A stretch of 33,329 bases of DNA from Gaiellales bacterium. Its GTDB lineage: Bacteria > Actinomycetota > Thermoleophilia > Gaiellales > Gaiellaceae. This document shows, in pieces, positions 8,042 through 16,645 of this stretch. The DNA is taken from positions 1 through 33,329 of the forward strand of contig JBBSIG010000001.1 in the NCBI GenBank assembly GCA_038232215.1, read 5' to 3'. The position numbers and the translations under genes were made by a program. Each line of letters starts with the position of its first letter. The first letter of the stretch is position 1. The notes below the pieces were generated by a model. That model was not told the origin of the DNA, ran no database searches, and saw only the letters and a list, made by a program, of their open reading frames with translations.

Positions 8042-8401
8042 GTGGCAAAAGTGATGACAGGGCTTGCGGTGATGGTCACCGCGCTCGCGCTCGCCTCGAC
8101 CGCGCTTGCGGGCAACGGGGGAGTGACGAAGGGATACAAGGGACAGGGCGCAAGCGTTCAGAGCCAGATCTCGAGCGGCGTCGAGGGCAAGAGCGGCGTC
8201 AAGGGTCGCGTGGTCAGCCGCACCGCTCCAGCGGCGGCGAACCGGGCGACTCCGGCGAAGGCGACCCCTCAGACGCAGGGCGCTGCGACGATCGGCAAGC
8301 TGCCGTTCACGGGTCAGGACCTCGGTCTGCTCGTGGCCGGCGGGATGCTGCTGTTGATCGTCGGGGCGGGCTTCCGGCGGCTCAGCCGCGAGAACGCCTA
8401 G
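8042..8401 (+). CDS. Small secreted LPXTG cell-wall-anchored low-complexity protein (119 aa)
   Basis: Sec signal MAKVMTGLAVMVTALALASTALA/GNG. The ~65-aa mature part is Gly/Lys/Ser-rich, then Ala/Pro/Thr-rich (SRTAPAAANRATPAKATPQTQGAAT). LPFTG lies at nt 8300-8314, followed by hydrophobic DLGLLVAGGMLLLIVGAGF and the basic tail RRLSRENA, which together form a classical sortase sorting signal. It has a strong SD and promoter. ATG 8054 is an alternative start. Confidence 0.85.
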   Translation: MAKVMTGLAVMVTALALASTALAGNGGVTKGYKGQGASVQSQISSGVEGKSGVKGRVVSRTAPAAANRATPAKATPQTQGAATIGKLPFTGQDLGLLVAGGMLLLIVGAGFRRLSRENA

Positions 8402-8500
8402 CACTCGGCTAGCAACAACCACGCAGCACGCCGCAGGCCCAGTCCGTCCGGCGTCCCCGAACGGGTCAAGTTCGACCAGAGGACTGTCGAAGAGAGCTGC

Positions 8501-9979
8501 ATGAGCACATCGCCCGCCCGCTTCGAAGTATCTTCCGCCCCGGACCTCCGGGGCGGAAGGCGTGGATGGGTTCGATTCGCTCCGGGCGTCAGCTGGACGG
8601 CCACGTGCCTCGCGGTCGACGGGCTCATGCTCGCGGCGGGTGCGGCAACGGCGGCGTTCGGCTCGCGCGCGGCGGGCGTACCCTCGCCCTCGCTCGGCTG
8701 GTTGATCCTCTTCCCGCCGCTCGTCGTCTCGCTGCTGGCGGCGCGCGGGGCGTACACCCCGCGGCTTCGCCTGCAGATCCTGGACGACCTCCGTCTGGCC
8801 GTGGTCGCCACCTCCGTCGCGACGACCGCGCTCATCTCGCTGCGCGTCCTCGCGACCGGAGACCCGAACATCGCCGCCCAGTCGGTGCGGCAGTGGCTGT
8901 TCGCCACCGCGTACCTGGCCGCCGGCCGCACCGGGCTCCTCCTCGCCCAGGTGCGCGCGCGCAGGCGCGGGGAGGACGTGCAGCCGACGCTGATCATCGG
9001 AGCGGGGAAGATCGGTCAGCTCACCGCGCAGCGACTCGCCGAGCAGCCCGAGCTCGGGCTGAAGCCGGTCGGCTTCCTCGACAAGGAGCCGCTCGACGAC
9101 GGCCGCAACACCGCGGGCCTGCCCGTCCTCGGAGCCAGCTGGGACCTGACGGACGTCATCTCCAGGTACGGCGTCAAGCACGTGATCCTCGCCTTCTCGA
9201 CCGCCCCGCACGCGGTCATGCTCGACATCGTGCGCCGCTGCGAGGCGCTCGGAGTGGCGCTCTCGTCCGTTCCGCGGCTGTTCGAGAAGGTGCAGAGGGA
9301 CGTCACGGTCGAGCACCTGGGCGGCCTGCCGCTCATCTCGCTCAGATCGGCAGACCCCAAGGGGTGGAAGTTCGCCATCAAGTACGGACTCGACCGCGTC
9401 ATCGCCGCCGTCTCGCTCCTGCTGGCGCTGCCCGTGCTGCTCGTGACGGCCCTAGCGGTGTGGATCTCCGTCGGTCGCCCGATCCTGTTCAGCCAGGAGC
9501 GGGTGGGGCGCGACGGACGCATGTTCTCGATCCTGAAGTTCCGCTCCATGAAGCACGCTCCCCGCAGCGAGGAGGCGTTCGACCCCTCGGTGCTCCTGCC
9601 CGCGGGTCGGGCGCCCGGCGGCGTCGAGGGAGCGGACCGCCGGACGCGCACGGGAGCGATTCTCAGGAAGACGTCGATCGACGAGCTGCCGCAGCTCCTG
9701 AACGTGCTCAAGGGCGAGATGAGCCTCATCGGCCCCAGGCCGGAGCGGCCCGAGTTCGTGGAGCTCTTCGAGCAGCAGATCTACCGCTACCAGGAGCGGC
9801 ACCGCGTGAAGTCCGGGATCACCGGCTGGGCCCAGATCCACGGCCTGCGCGGCAACACCTCTCTCGCGGACCGAGTCGAGTGGGACAACTACTACATTCA
9901 GAACTGGTCGTTCTGGCTCGACGTCAAGATCGTGCTGATGACCTTCGTCGCCATCTTCCGTTCCAAGGAAGTCGAGTAA
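8501..9979 (+). CDS. Undecaprenyl-phosphate hexose-1-phosphate transferase (WbaP/WcaJ-type polyprenyl glycosylphosphotransferase), the initiating enzyme
   Basis: Four to five N-terminal TM spans, a Rossmann-like middle (TLIIGAGKIGQL...VKHVILAF), and a C-terminal bacterial sugar transferase domain: GRPILFSQERVGRDGRMFSILKFRSM, IDELPQLLNVLKGEMSLIGPRP, KSGITGWAQI, DNYYIQNWSFWLDVKI. ATG at 8501 with GAAGAGAG upstream. Confidence 0.95.
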   Translation: MSTSPARFEVSSAPDLRGGRRGWVRFAPGVSWTATCLAVDGLMLAAGAATAAFGSRAAGVPSPSLGWLILFPPLVVSLLAARGAYTPRLRLQILDDLRLAVVATSVATTALISLRVLATGDPNIAAQSVRQWLFATAYLAAGRTGLLLAQVRARRRGEDVQPTLIIGAGKIGQLTAQRLAEQPELGLKPVGFLDKEPLDDGRNTAGLPVLGASWDLTDVISRYGVKHVILAFSTAPHAVMLDIVRRCEALGVALSSVPRLFEKVQRDVTVEHLGGLPLISLRSADPKGWKFAIKYGLDRVIAAVSLLLALPVLLVTALAVWISVGRPILFSQERVGRDGRMFSILKFRSMKHAPRSEEAFDPSVLLPAGRAPGGVEGADRRTRTGAILRKTSIDELPQLLNVLKGEMSLIGPRPERPEFVELFEQQIYRYQERHRVKSGITGWAQIHGLRGNTSLADRVEWDNYYIQNWSFWLDVKIVLMTFVAIFRSKEVE

Positions 9980-10098
9980 CGGGAGCTCCGCTCGCCGTCC
10001 GAGAGGTACGCTCGTCCGGGGCGCTGCTCCGGGCGTCGAGAGTGACGTAGGTCACCCGCGCAGGAAGCGCCCCGGACCGCCCAACCCTCAGGAGAAAG

Positions 10099-11322
10099 AT
10101 GCGTCTCTCTCTCGACCGGCCGGTACAGCTCGCGAAGCGGCTACGGCGGAGGTTCTATCTCGCCGACTACGACGACGAGAACCTCCGCCTCCGCTGGCTG
10201 CGAGCCGCGCCGGAGGCTCCGTACACCGAGCGAGTCTTCGACGTCCGGCCCGACCCCGCGAGCGTCTCTTCGGTGCTCGTGTTCAAGCCCGACGAGATCG
10301 GCGATGCCGTCTACTCGCTTCCCGCTGTCGTCGAGCTGCGGCGCTGGTTCCCGAAGGCGAGGGTGTATCTGCTCTGCCAGCGGCTCACCCGCAGCCTGTT
10401 CGAGCGCAGCGGGCTCTTCGACGAGATCGTCGCGGTGGACCCGAGGACGAGACTCTCCCGACCCACGTTCTCGGTCGAGAAGGCGCTGGCGGGCTTCTCA
10501 GTCCGGTCGTTCGACGTGTCGATCTTCCTTCGCACCTATCAGGCGTACTTCGACCAGTTCCTGCGCATCCCGAGCGAGATCAAGGTTCATCCGATCGACC
10601 CGCTGATGCGCTCGGACTCGGTGTATCGAGCGCACGTCTCGCTCTGGGCCGAGGAACGGCGCCACCAGTCGCTGCAGCTCCTCGAGATCGTGTCGCGCCT
10701 CACCGGACGCACGTACACGTTCGACGACGTGAGCTTTCCCGACTTCGAGTGGACGGACGACGACCGCTCGGCTCCCGAGCGCGCGTTCGAGGGCGCCGCG
10801 CCGCCCCGGTATGTCGTCGTGCATCCGTTCGCGAAGCACGAGACGCGTCAGTACCCGCTCGAGTACTGGGTGCGCCTGCTCTCGGATCTACGCCGGCGGC
10901 TGGCTGCGACCTGGGTGATCGTCGGCGGCCCGGACGACCCCCGGCTCGAGAACCTGCCCGGCGTCGTGCAGACCCAGGGGCGCCTGTCCCTCTCCCAGAG
11001 CGGATACCTCGTCTCGCGGGCGAGTGCGTTCGTCGGCGTCCTGAGCGGCCCGGCGCACTGGGCCGGAGCGCTGGGGGTGCCTACGGTCACGATCATGAGC
11101 GGACACTCCATGCCCGTGGAGTGGGCGCCGCTCGGGCGCTCGCACGTTATCCGCGCGGATGTGCCGTGCGCGCCGTGTCACCAGCCCACGTGTCCCGTGT
11201 ACGGGCTCGCCTGCCTGCGGGAGCTGCGTCCGGAGCGGATCGCACCGGAGATCGAGCGATTCCTCGAGTCCGCGCTTACGGGGTCCGAAGCGGGAAAGGC
11301 TCGAGCCGCGGCGCCGGGTTGA
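10099..11322 (+). CDS. Glycosyltransferase family 9 (heptosyltransferase-like)
   Basis: ATG at 10099 with AGGAG at 10090-10094. GT9 N-terminal signature SVLVFKPDEIGDAVYSLPAVVELRRWFPKARVYLL. C-terminal half: YVVVHPFAK...RQYPLEYW, IVGGPDD, SGPAHWAGALGVPTVTI. Confidence 0.85.
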   Translation: MRLSLDRPVQLAKRLRRRFYLADYDDENLRLRWLRAAPEAPYTERVFDVRPDPASVSSVLVFKPDEIGDAVYSLPAVVELRRWFPKARVYLLCQRLTRSLFERSGLFDEIVAVDPRTRLSRPTFSVEKALAGFSVRSFDVSIFLRTYQAYFDQFLRIPSEIKVHPIDPLMRSDSVYRAHVSLWAEERRHQSLQLLEIVSRLTGRTYTFDDVSFPDFEWTDDDRSAPERAFEGAAPPRYVVVHPFAKHETRQYPLEYWVRLLSDLRRRLAATWVIVGGPDDPRLENLPGVVQTQGRLSLSQSGYLVSRASAFVGVLSGPAHWAGALGVPTVTIMSGHSMPVEWAPLGRSHVIRADVPCAPCHQPTCPVYGLACLRELRPERIAPEIERFLESALTGSEAGKARAAAPG

Positions 11323-11353
11323 TCGTCGCCTGAGTCGTCTGCGCCGAGCCTGA

Positions 11354-12088
11354 TCAGGAAGTCGGGTCGCTGCGGCGGTCCGGCTCGAAGCCCTCGAGGA
11401 CGAGCGACGGAGTGGTCTCGGTGAGCTGGAGACGGGCTTCGACGCCGTACCGCTCCTCGATCAGGGCAGCCGCTTCCCGCAGGTGGGGGCGGCGGTGCAG
11501 GCTTCCGTGTGCGTCGCTGGCTACCAGGTCGCCGCGTGCCGTCTCGAGCAGACGCCAGGCGGCGGCCTCGGCGCCGTCGCCCCAGCGGCCGAGCAGGCTC
11601 GGCGCGACGACCTGCATCAAAGCGCCGTCGCGGCGAGCTGCGTCGACGATGTTCGGCTCGCGCTGGATGGCTCGCGAGCGTTCCGGATGCGCGAAGATCG
11701 GTACGAGACCGAGCTCCGCGAGCCGGGCGCCCGCGACGTCCAGGAACCCGGCCGGCGTCAGAGGCTGGACCTCGACGAGCAGGTATCTCCCGGCGATCGC
11801 CCTCGTCTCGAGATCCTCGTCCGAGGCGGACACCACGCTGTCCGGGCCCATCTCGGCCCCGAGCCGCGTCCGGAGCGCGATGCCTCTCGCTGCCAGCTCG
11901 GCGTCGAGCGCCTCGAGCGCCGCGAGCGCCCGCGCGTGGTTGGTCGTAAAGCGCCGTGAGTAATGCGGTGTGCAGACGACCGCGGTGATGCCGTCACGGA
12001 CGAGGGCGCTCGCGAGCGCAACCGCCTCGACGCTCGTCGCCGGACCGTCGTCCAGCTGCGGCACGAGGTGACAGTGGGTGTCGATCAA
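11354..12088 (-). CDS. CpsB/YwqE-type PHP-domain protein-tyrosine phosphatase
   Basis: LIDTHCHLVPQLDDGP at the N-terminus (HxH metal motif), TPHY, FAHPERS, ASDAHG. The only start that keeps the HxH motif is TTG at 12088, which overlaps the upstream TGA (TTGA, 12085-12088). The tracked 665-aa ORF is an upstream open-frame artefact. Confidence 0.9.
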   Translation of the reverse strand: MIDTHCHLVPQLDDGPATSVEAVALASALVRDGITAVVCTPHYSRRFTTNHARALAALEALDAELAARGIALRTRLGAEMGPDSVVSASDEDLETRAIAGRYLLVEVQPLTPAGFLDVAGARLAELGLVPIFAHPERSRAIQREPNIVDAARRDGALMQVVAPSLLGRWGDGAEAAAWRLLETARGDLVASDAHGSLHRRPHLREAAALIEERYGVEARLQLTETTPSLVLEGFEPDRRSDPTS

Positions 12089-13272
12089 GTGGCCGAGCTT
12101 GCGCTCAGCGGCTTGCGCGCTCCACGGGGTGCCCACGCCGCCTGGTACACGCGCTCGTGGTCGCTCAACCACCGCTCGCCGTCGTCGTCCGACGCGACGG
12201 GCTCGACCGCTTCGACGGCGCGTTGCCAAGCTGCCGGCTCGCGGAGCGCTCGAACTCGCTCCACGATCGCGGCGACGGTGGGCTCCACCGCGATCACGCC
12301 GGGGTGTGCGCCGATCGCCTCTCTGAGACCGCCCCGGGGCGAGATGAGCACCGGTCTGCCCGCGGCGAGCCACTCGAGCACCGTGTACGGAGGGCCTCCT
12401 GGCTCCTTCCAGAGCGAAGGGACGATCCCGAGGTCGCAACGCTCGAAGAAGGAGCGCTTCGCCGCTCCGCTCACCTGGCCCTCGTATCGAACCTCGGATC
12501 GGCGGGCAGCGGCCTCCACCCGCTCGCGGAGAAGCCCGTCCCCCGCGACGTGAAGCGTGCAGCCCGCTGCGGCGATGGAAGCTGCGGCGTCGAGCAGGAC
12601 GTTGACGCCCTTGGTCACGCCGAGCGACCCGATGAACCCGATCGTCGCGAGCTCGCGCGAAGGTGGAGAGAGCGGCCGGTCGAACGGCGAGCTGAACGCG
12701 TGCTTGATCACGTGGAAGGAGGCGCTCGGGAAAAACGACGAGTGCGTCTCCGCGATAGAGCGCGAGACTGCGATCACCTGGCCGACCGCACCGCTCCAGC
12801 GGCCGAGCCGGCGTCTCCTCAGTCCGCAGAGCAGCGGGTGGGGCCGGCAGGGAGTTCCGTCCGGCTGCAGCAGGGTCACGCGCGGGCAGAGCAGCTGGTA
12901 GTCGTGCAGCGTGTGCACGACCGGGACTCCGAGGCGTCGGCAGACCTCCCACACCGCCGTGCTGAGTCCCGGCAGGTTGTTCGAGTGCACCAGGTCGGGA
13001 CGTTGTGAGGCGATCGCTTCCGCCAGCCGCCGCGAGGGACGAGCGAGGACGTCGCCCGCATGGTTCTGCAGTCGCCGAACGGGACTCTCGCGCCAGTCGC
13101 GGCCGTGGAGGACGACTGACGCCGCCTCGGGGTCGCCGACCGGAAACGCGCTCAACACCGAGACGTCGTAGCCGCGGGCGCGCAATCCGTGGGCCAGGTC
13201 GGCGACGTAGCGCTCGGCGCCGCCGAGTGACGTATCGGCTCCGTGCGCGTTGACGAGGAGGAGGCGCTTCAA
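12085..13272 (-). CDS. Glycosyltransferase family 4 (GT-B fold)
   Basis: LKRLLLVNAHGADTSLGGAERYV... N-terminal domain (HSNN, HTLHDY). C-terminal domain: IGFIGSLGVTKGV, LHVAGDG, IVPSLWKEPGGPPYTVLEWLAAGRPVL. The only plausible start is TTG at 13272, overlapping the upstream TGA (TTGA, 13269-13272). Confidence 0.9.
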   Translation of the reverse strand: MKRLLLVNAHGADTSLGGAERYVADLAHGLRARGYDVSVLSAFPVGDPEAASVVLHGRDWRESPVRRLQNHAGDVLARPSRRLAEAIASQRPDLVHSNNLPGLSTAVWEVCRRLGVPVVHTLHDYQLLCPRVTLLQPDGTPCRPHPLLCGLRRRRLGRWSGAVGQVIAVSRSIAETHSSFFPSASFHVIKHAFSSPFDRPLSPPSRELATIGFIGSLGVTKGVNVLLDAAASIAAAGCTLHVAGDGLLRERVEAAARRSEVRYEGQVSGAAKRSFFERCDLGIVPSLWKEPGGPPYTVLEWLAAGRPVLISPRGGLREAIGAHPGVIAVEPTVAAIVERVRALREPAAWQRAVEAVEPVASDDDGERWLSDHERVYQAAWAPRGARKPLSASSAT

Positions 13273-14726
13273 GCGGCCGTCGGCGATGGCTCGTGCTCTG
13301 CCCGCGGAGGCAGAGCCGGGCGCTCCGGAGCGGTGGCGGCAAGGCCGACACCCACTACGAGCATGCCCAGGAAGGCCGTTGGAAAACCGGTGAACGACGC
13401 GCGCGTGACGGCGTCCAGGAGCACGACCGCCAACAGGCCGAGCACGACCCAGCCCGCCTGCTGCCTGCGCGCAGTGGCCCCTCGGGCGAGCACGATCAGG
13501 CGGCCGAGCAGCGAGAGCTGGACGATCAGGCCGACGAAGCCCACGTCTGCGATCGTTGCGAAGTAGCCGGAGTCGACGGCCGCGAGGTTGGGCTGGTTCG
13601 GCGCGAGCCGGGTCTGGCTGACGCCCACCCTCGCACGCTCGGCCGCGGTGCCGACGACCCCGACGCCCCGGCCGAATGCCCAGTCCGAGGAGTCGCCCAG
13701 GGCGACTTTCCAGGATTGCGTGCGCCCGTTCACCGTCAGGTACGTCGACGAGCTGCCCTGGAACGTTCGGGTCTCGGTTCCGCCCGAGGAGGCGATCAGC
13801 GTCGCCACGCCGCCGAAGAGCGCGGCGGCGAGTAGGAGCACGGCGGTCGCCGTCCGGCCCTGACGGGCGAGCCAGAGCCCGATCAGCGCGAGGCCGATCA
13901 GCAGCGCGGTGCGCACGAATGACACGAGGAGACCGAAGGCGAGGAGCCCGAGCGCAAGCGCGACGAAGAGACCGCGGTTCCTCCAGAGGAGCACCGCCGC
14001 GATGCCGAAGAGCAGGAAAGCCGCGTAGTCGAACGGCTCGTCGAAGGTCCCGAAGCTGCGGAGATACGGCCCGATCGTTCTCACCTGGGCGCCGTATGCG
14101 TAGCCGAGGTCGACGAGGCGGGCACCGCCAAGGACCTGCTGCAAGAGGCCGTACAGTGCAGCGCCGCAAGCTGTCGCCGTGAGCGAGGCCACCGCCCAGC
14201 GGAACGTCCGGCGGGGATCGTCGAGCGAGAGGCCGACGAGGAGCAGCAGGAGCGGCTCGGACACGAGCCGAACCCCGTGGAACCAGCCGGGGCCGAAGCG
14301 GCTCCCACCCGTGACGCCCGCGCCGATGTCGAGCACGTAGAGGCCGATCAGGAGCAGGACCAGCACGATGAGCGGACGATCGGCCCGCCAGCCCAGGCGG
14401 GCGCCTCGCCGTTGCACGAGCAGCACTCCGGCTCCCAGGGCGGCGGCGATCGTGACGACGTCCTTCGTCGCCCCGAGCTGAGGAGACACGAGTACCTTGA
14501 GCGTGGGAAGTGCGGCGAAGTACGGGATCGTGAGCGCCACGGCGACGTGGGGCACGACGATGTACCCGACGAGGACCAGCAAGAACGTGCACAGGCCAAG
14601 CAGGATTCCGAGGGTGAGCGTGCCTCCTGCTCGCGTCGACCACACTGCTGTGAGCAGCGTGAGGGCGGCACCGACCGCAGCCGTCGCGGCGTCGGCCCCG
14701 AGCACGGCGGGACGGAGCCGGCCCAT
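13269..14726 (-). CDS. O-antigen polymerase/ligase family (Wzy_C) membrane protein, a candidate Wzy polymerase
   Basis: ATG at 14726. About 10-12 hydrophobic spans with a large loop NGRTQSWKVALGDSSDWAFGRGVGVVGTAAE...AAVDSGYFATIADVGFVGL, typical of the Wzy_C family. Confidence 0.8.
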   Translation of the reverse strand: MGRLRPAVLGADAATAAVGAALTLLTAVWSTRAGGTLTLGILLGLCTFLLVLVGYIVVPHVAVALTIPYFAALPTLKVLVSPQLGATKDVVTIAAALGAGVLLVQRRGARLGWRADRPLIVLVLLLIGLYVLDIGAGVTGGSRFGPGWFHGVRLVSEPLLLLLVGLSLDDPRRTFRWAVASLTATACGAALYGLLQQVLGGARLVDLGYAYGAQVRTIGPYLRSFGTFDEPFDYAAFLLFGIAAVLLWRNRGLFVALALGLLAFGLLVSFVRTALLIGLALIGLWLARQGRTATAVLLLAAALFGGVATLIASSGGTETRTFQGSSSTYLTVNGRTQSWKVALGDSSDWAFGRGVGVVGTAAERARVGVSQTRLAPNQPNLAAVDSGYFATIADVGFVGLIVQLSLLGRLIVLARGATARRQQAGWVVLGLLAVVLLDAVTRASFTGFPTAFLGMLVVGVGLAATAPERPALPPRAEHEPSPTAA

Positions 14727-14822
14727 CTAGGCGGTTGCTCGGAAAATCGAATGCCGCCCGGGGACGTCCCGGCGCCGTGCCGGGGGCGTCAGCCGGCGCC
14801 GCTTGATCTTCCGATCGATCGT

Positions 14823-16337
14823 CTAGCCCCGGTAGTAGCTGTAGCTCTCGTCGGGCAGTGCGTCCGTGAAGACGGCGCCCATCGTCTTCGGGGGCCAGCT
14901 CTGCGACTGCCGGCTGAGCGCGCGCAGCGTGCGGCGCGTCACCTTGCCCTGCCGGACGACGATCAGCACGACGTCCACGTGGCGCGAGAGCTCGGCCATC
15001 TCGACCGTCAGCAGCGCGGGTGGGGTGTCGAGGATCAAGACGTCGGTGTCGCGGCTGAGGTCTGCCAGCAACTCCGGCAACTGCGGGGAATGAGCGACGG
15101 TTCCGACCGGAACGGAGCCCCCTGCGGGGAGGAGTCGGAGCGACTCCGCGCTCGGGCCGTCCGGACCGGTCTCGCGGCCTCGAACGAGCGCGTGGGCCAT
15201 TGCGGCCCGCTGAGCGGTCGGCCTGCTGCCGTTCAGCGTGACGGTCCAGAGCGCCTCCTCGAGGTCGGCGTCGTTGCCGATCACCTGCGCGACCCCGAGC
15301 GCGTCTCTCGGGATGCGGAAGATGTCTCCGAGCGACGGCTTGCGCACGTCGAAGTCGGCGATCAGGACGTCTGCGCCGCGCCGGGCGAACGCCACGGCGA
15401 GATTCGAGGCAGTGGTGGTCTTGCCCTCGCCGGCCGTCGCGCTCGTCACCGCGATGATGGTCCGCTCGGAGTCCTTGCGCATCCGCGCGAGGTTCGACGC
15501 GAGCAGGGCGTAGGTATCTCCGTAGCGCTCCTCGTTGCGCCCGAACATGACGAGCCGCGCACGTCGGGGCAACGTGCCGATGGTCGCCAGCACGGGTATG
15601 TCGAGCAGCTCTTCGATGTCCGCCTCCGACCGGACCGTCGTGTCGAACGCCTCCCGGGCACCGACGAGGAGTAGGGCGATGACGAGTCCGATCGATGCTC
15701 CGAGGATCGAGTCCTTCACGGGAGCCGGCCGGGTCTTCGTCGCCGATCTCGCGTGCTCGACGAGGATCGCGTTGCCGCTGATCAGCTTCCTGAACGTCGT
15801 GAGCCTGGTCAGCTGGTCGTTGAGGGTCGTGCTCCTACCGACGGTCGCGATCTGAGCCCTGAGCTGGGCGATCGCGTTGTCGACGCTCGCACCGATCACG
15901 TCTCCGCGCCAGCCCGGATACGCCGATGCGACGGCGTCCGCGATCCTCGCGGCGCGCGCGGGGTCGTCGGTGCTCGCCGAGAAGGTGAGGGCGTTGCTCC
16001 CTCCGCTCACGCCCGTGACGGCACGAATCGCAGAGCCCGATCCGAGCGAGCCTCCCGTCCGCTCGGCTACGCGATCGTAGAACTGGGGCGAGTTGGCGAG
16101 GGACAGCTCCGCGTCGTCCAGCCTTTGCGGGTCCTGGTACGGGGGCTGGATCCCCGTGACCGCATACGCGAGGTCGTTCGTGCCGGTGAGCAGGACTTGC
16201 GCGCTCGCCGCGTACTGCGGCCCCTGGAGCTGTCGCATCGTGTTGACGGTTGCGACGCCGACCGCGACGAGAAGTGCGATCAACCACAGCGACCGGCGGA
16301 GAGCCGCCCTGAGGGCCTCGACGCCGCCCGGCCTCAC
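14823..16337 (-). CDS. Polysaccharide co-polymerase (Wzz-like) fused to a BY-type protein-tyrosine kinase (Wzc / CpsCD-like)
   Basis: N-terminal TM (LWLIALLVAVGVATV), extracytoplasmic coiled region, and a second TM (ILGASIGLVIALLLVG). The kinase part has Walker A (SATAGEGKTTTASNLA), Walker A' (VLIADFDVRKP), Walker B (VLILDTPP) and a C-terminal Tyr cluster (ESYSYYRG). GTG start at 16337. Confidence 0.92.
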   Translation of the reverse strand: MRPGGVEALRAALRRSLWLIALLVAVGVATVNTMRQLQGPQYAASAQVLLTGTNDLAYAVTGIQPPYQDPQRLDDAELSLANSPQFYDRVAERTGGSLGSGSAIRAVTGVSGGSNALTFSASTDDPARAARIADAVASAYPGWRGDVIGASVDNAIAQLRAQIATVGRSTTLNDQLTRLTTFRKLISGNAILVEHARSATKTRPAPVKDSILGASIGLVIALLLVGAREAFDTTVRSEADIEELLDIPVLATIGTLPRRARLVMFGRNEERYGDTYALLASNLARMRKDSERTIIAVTSATAGEGKTTTASNLAVAFARRGADVLIADFDVRKPSLGDIFRIPRDALGVAQVIGNDADLEEALWTVTLNGSRPTAQRAAMAHALVRGRETGPDGPSAESLRLLPAGGSVPVGTVAHSPQLPELLADLSRDTDVLILDTPPALLTVEMAELSRHVDVVLIVVRQGKVTRRTLRALSRQSQSWPPKTMGAVFTDALPDESYSYYRG

Positions 16338-16645
16338 TGGAACCCACCGGCTGGTCGAGTGGCGGCCCGCGGACTCGGCGTACGCGACGGCGTCGAGCTG
16401 TATGCAGCGCCGATCTCAGTCATGTCCGATTCTCCGCAGGTTAGCCGTTGTCGATCCGAACGGAGGTCGCCCCTTCTTCGGCTCGCTTCCATGATTCCCT
16501 CTCGATCTCGCATGTGCCGGTCGCCCGGGCTCGAGGTTCAAGTCGTCCGCAGCCCGCCACGTCTCATCCCTCGGTTGGGGGGCGCCGCCCTCCGAGGAGC
16601 TGCCGATCTCGAAGCGAGGTCGCAATCAACCTGCGGGAGCTGCTC

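Noticed and set aside
8009-9316. A 435-aa minus-strand ORF across the LPXTG gene and the PGT gene
   Set aside because: It has no motifs and a junk composition. It is antisense to two genes with strong signals (SD, signal peptide, sorting signal, sugar-transferase domain).
10042-10055. The small perfect inverted repeat gtgac-gtag-gtcac downstream of the PGT gene
   Set aside because: It has only a 5-bp stem and no T-tract, and lies 60 nt past the stop. That is too weak to call a terminator or operator.
12085-14643. Very long same-strand ORFs suggesting giant fusion proteins (12085-14643 at 852 aa, 22058-24736 at 892 aa, 29332-31338 at 668 aa, 11354-13351 at 665 aa)
   Set aside because: In each case only the C-terminal part is a recognisable enzyme (GT4, GT9, GT2, CpsB). 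The upstream part overlaps, in a different frame, a well-supported membrane or GT gene. Each real start sits at a stop/start overlap junction.
16416-16625. A 69-aa minus-strand ORF, and the tracked 16448 start, inside the long intergenic region
   Set aside because: There is no SD, no hydrophobic or structured pattern, and a low-complexity composition. The region is better explained as a divergent promoter/leader. I also looked for c-di-GMP or other riboswitch consensus sequences here and recognised none.
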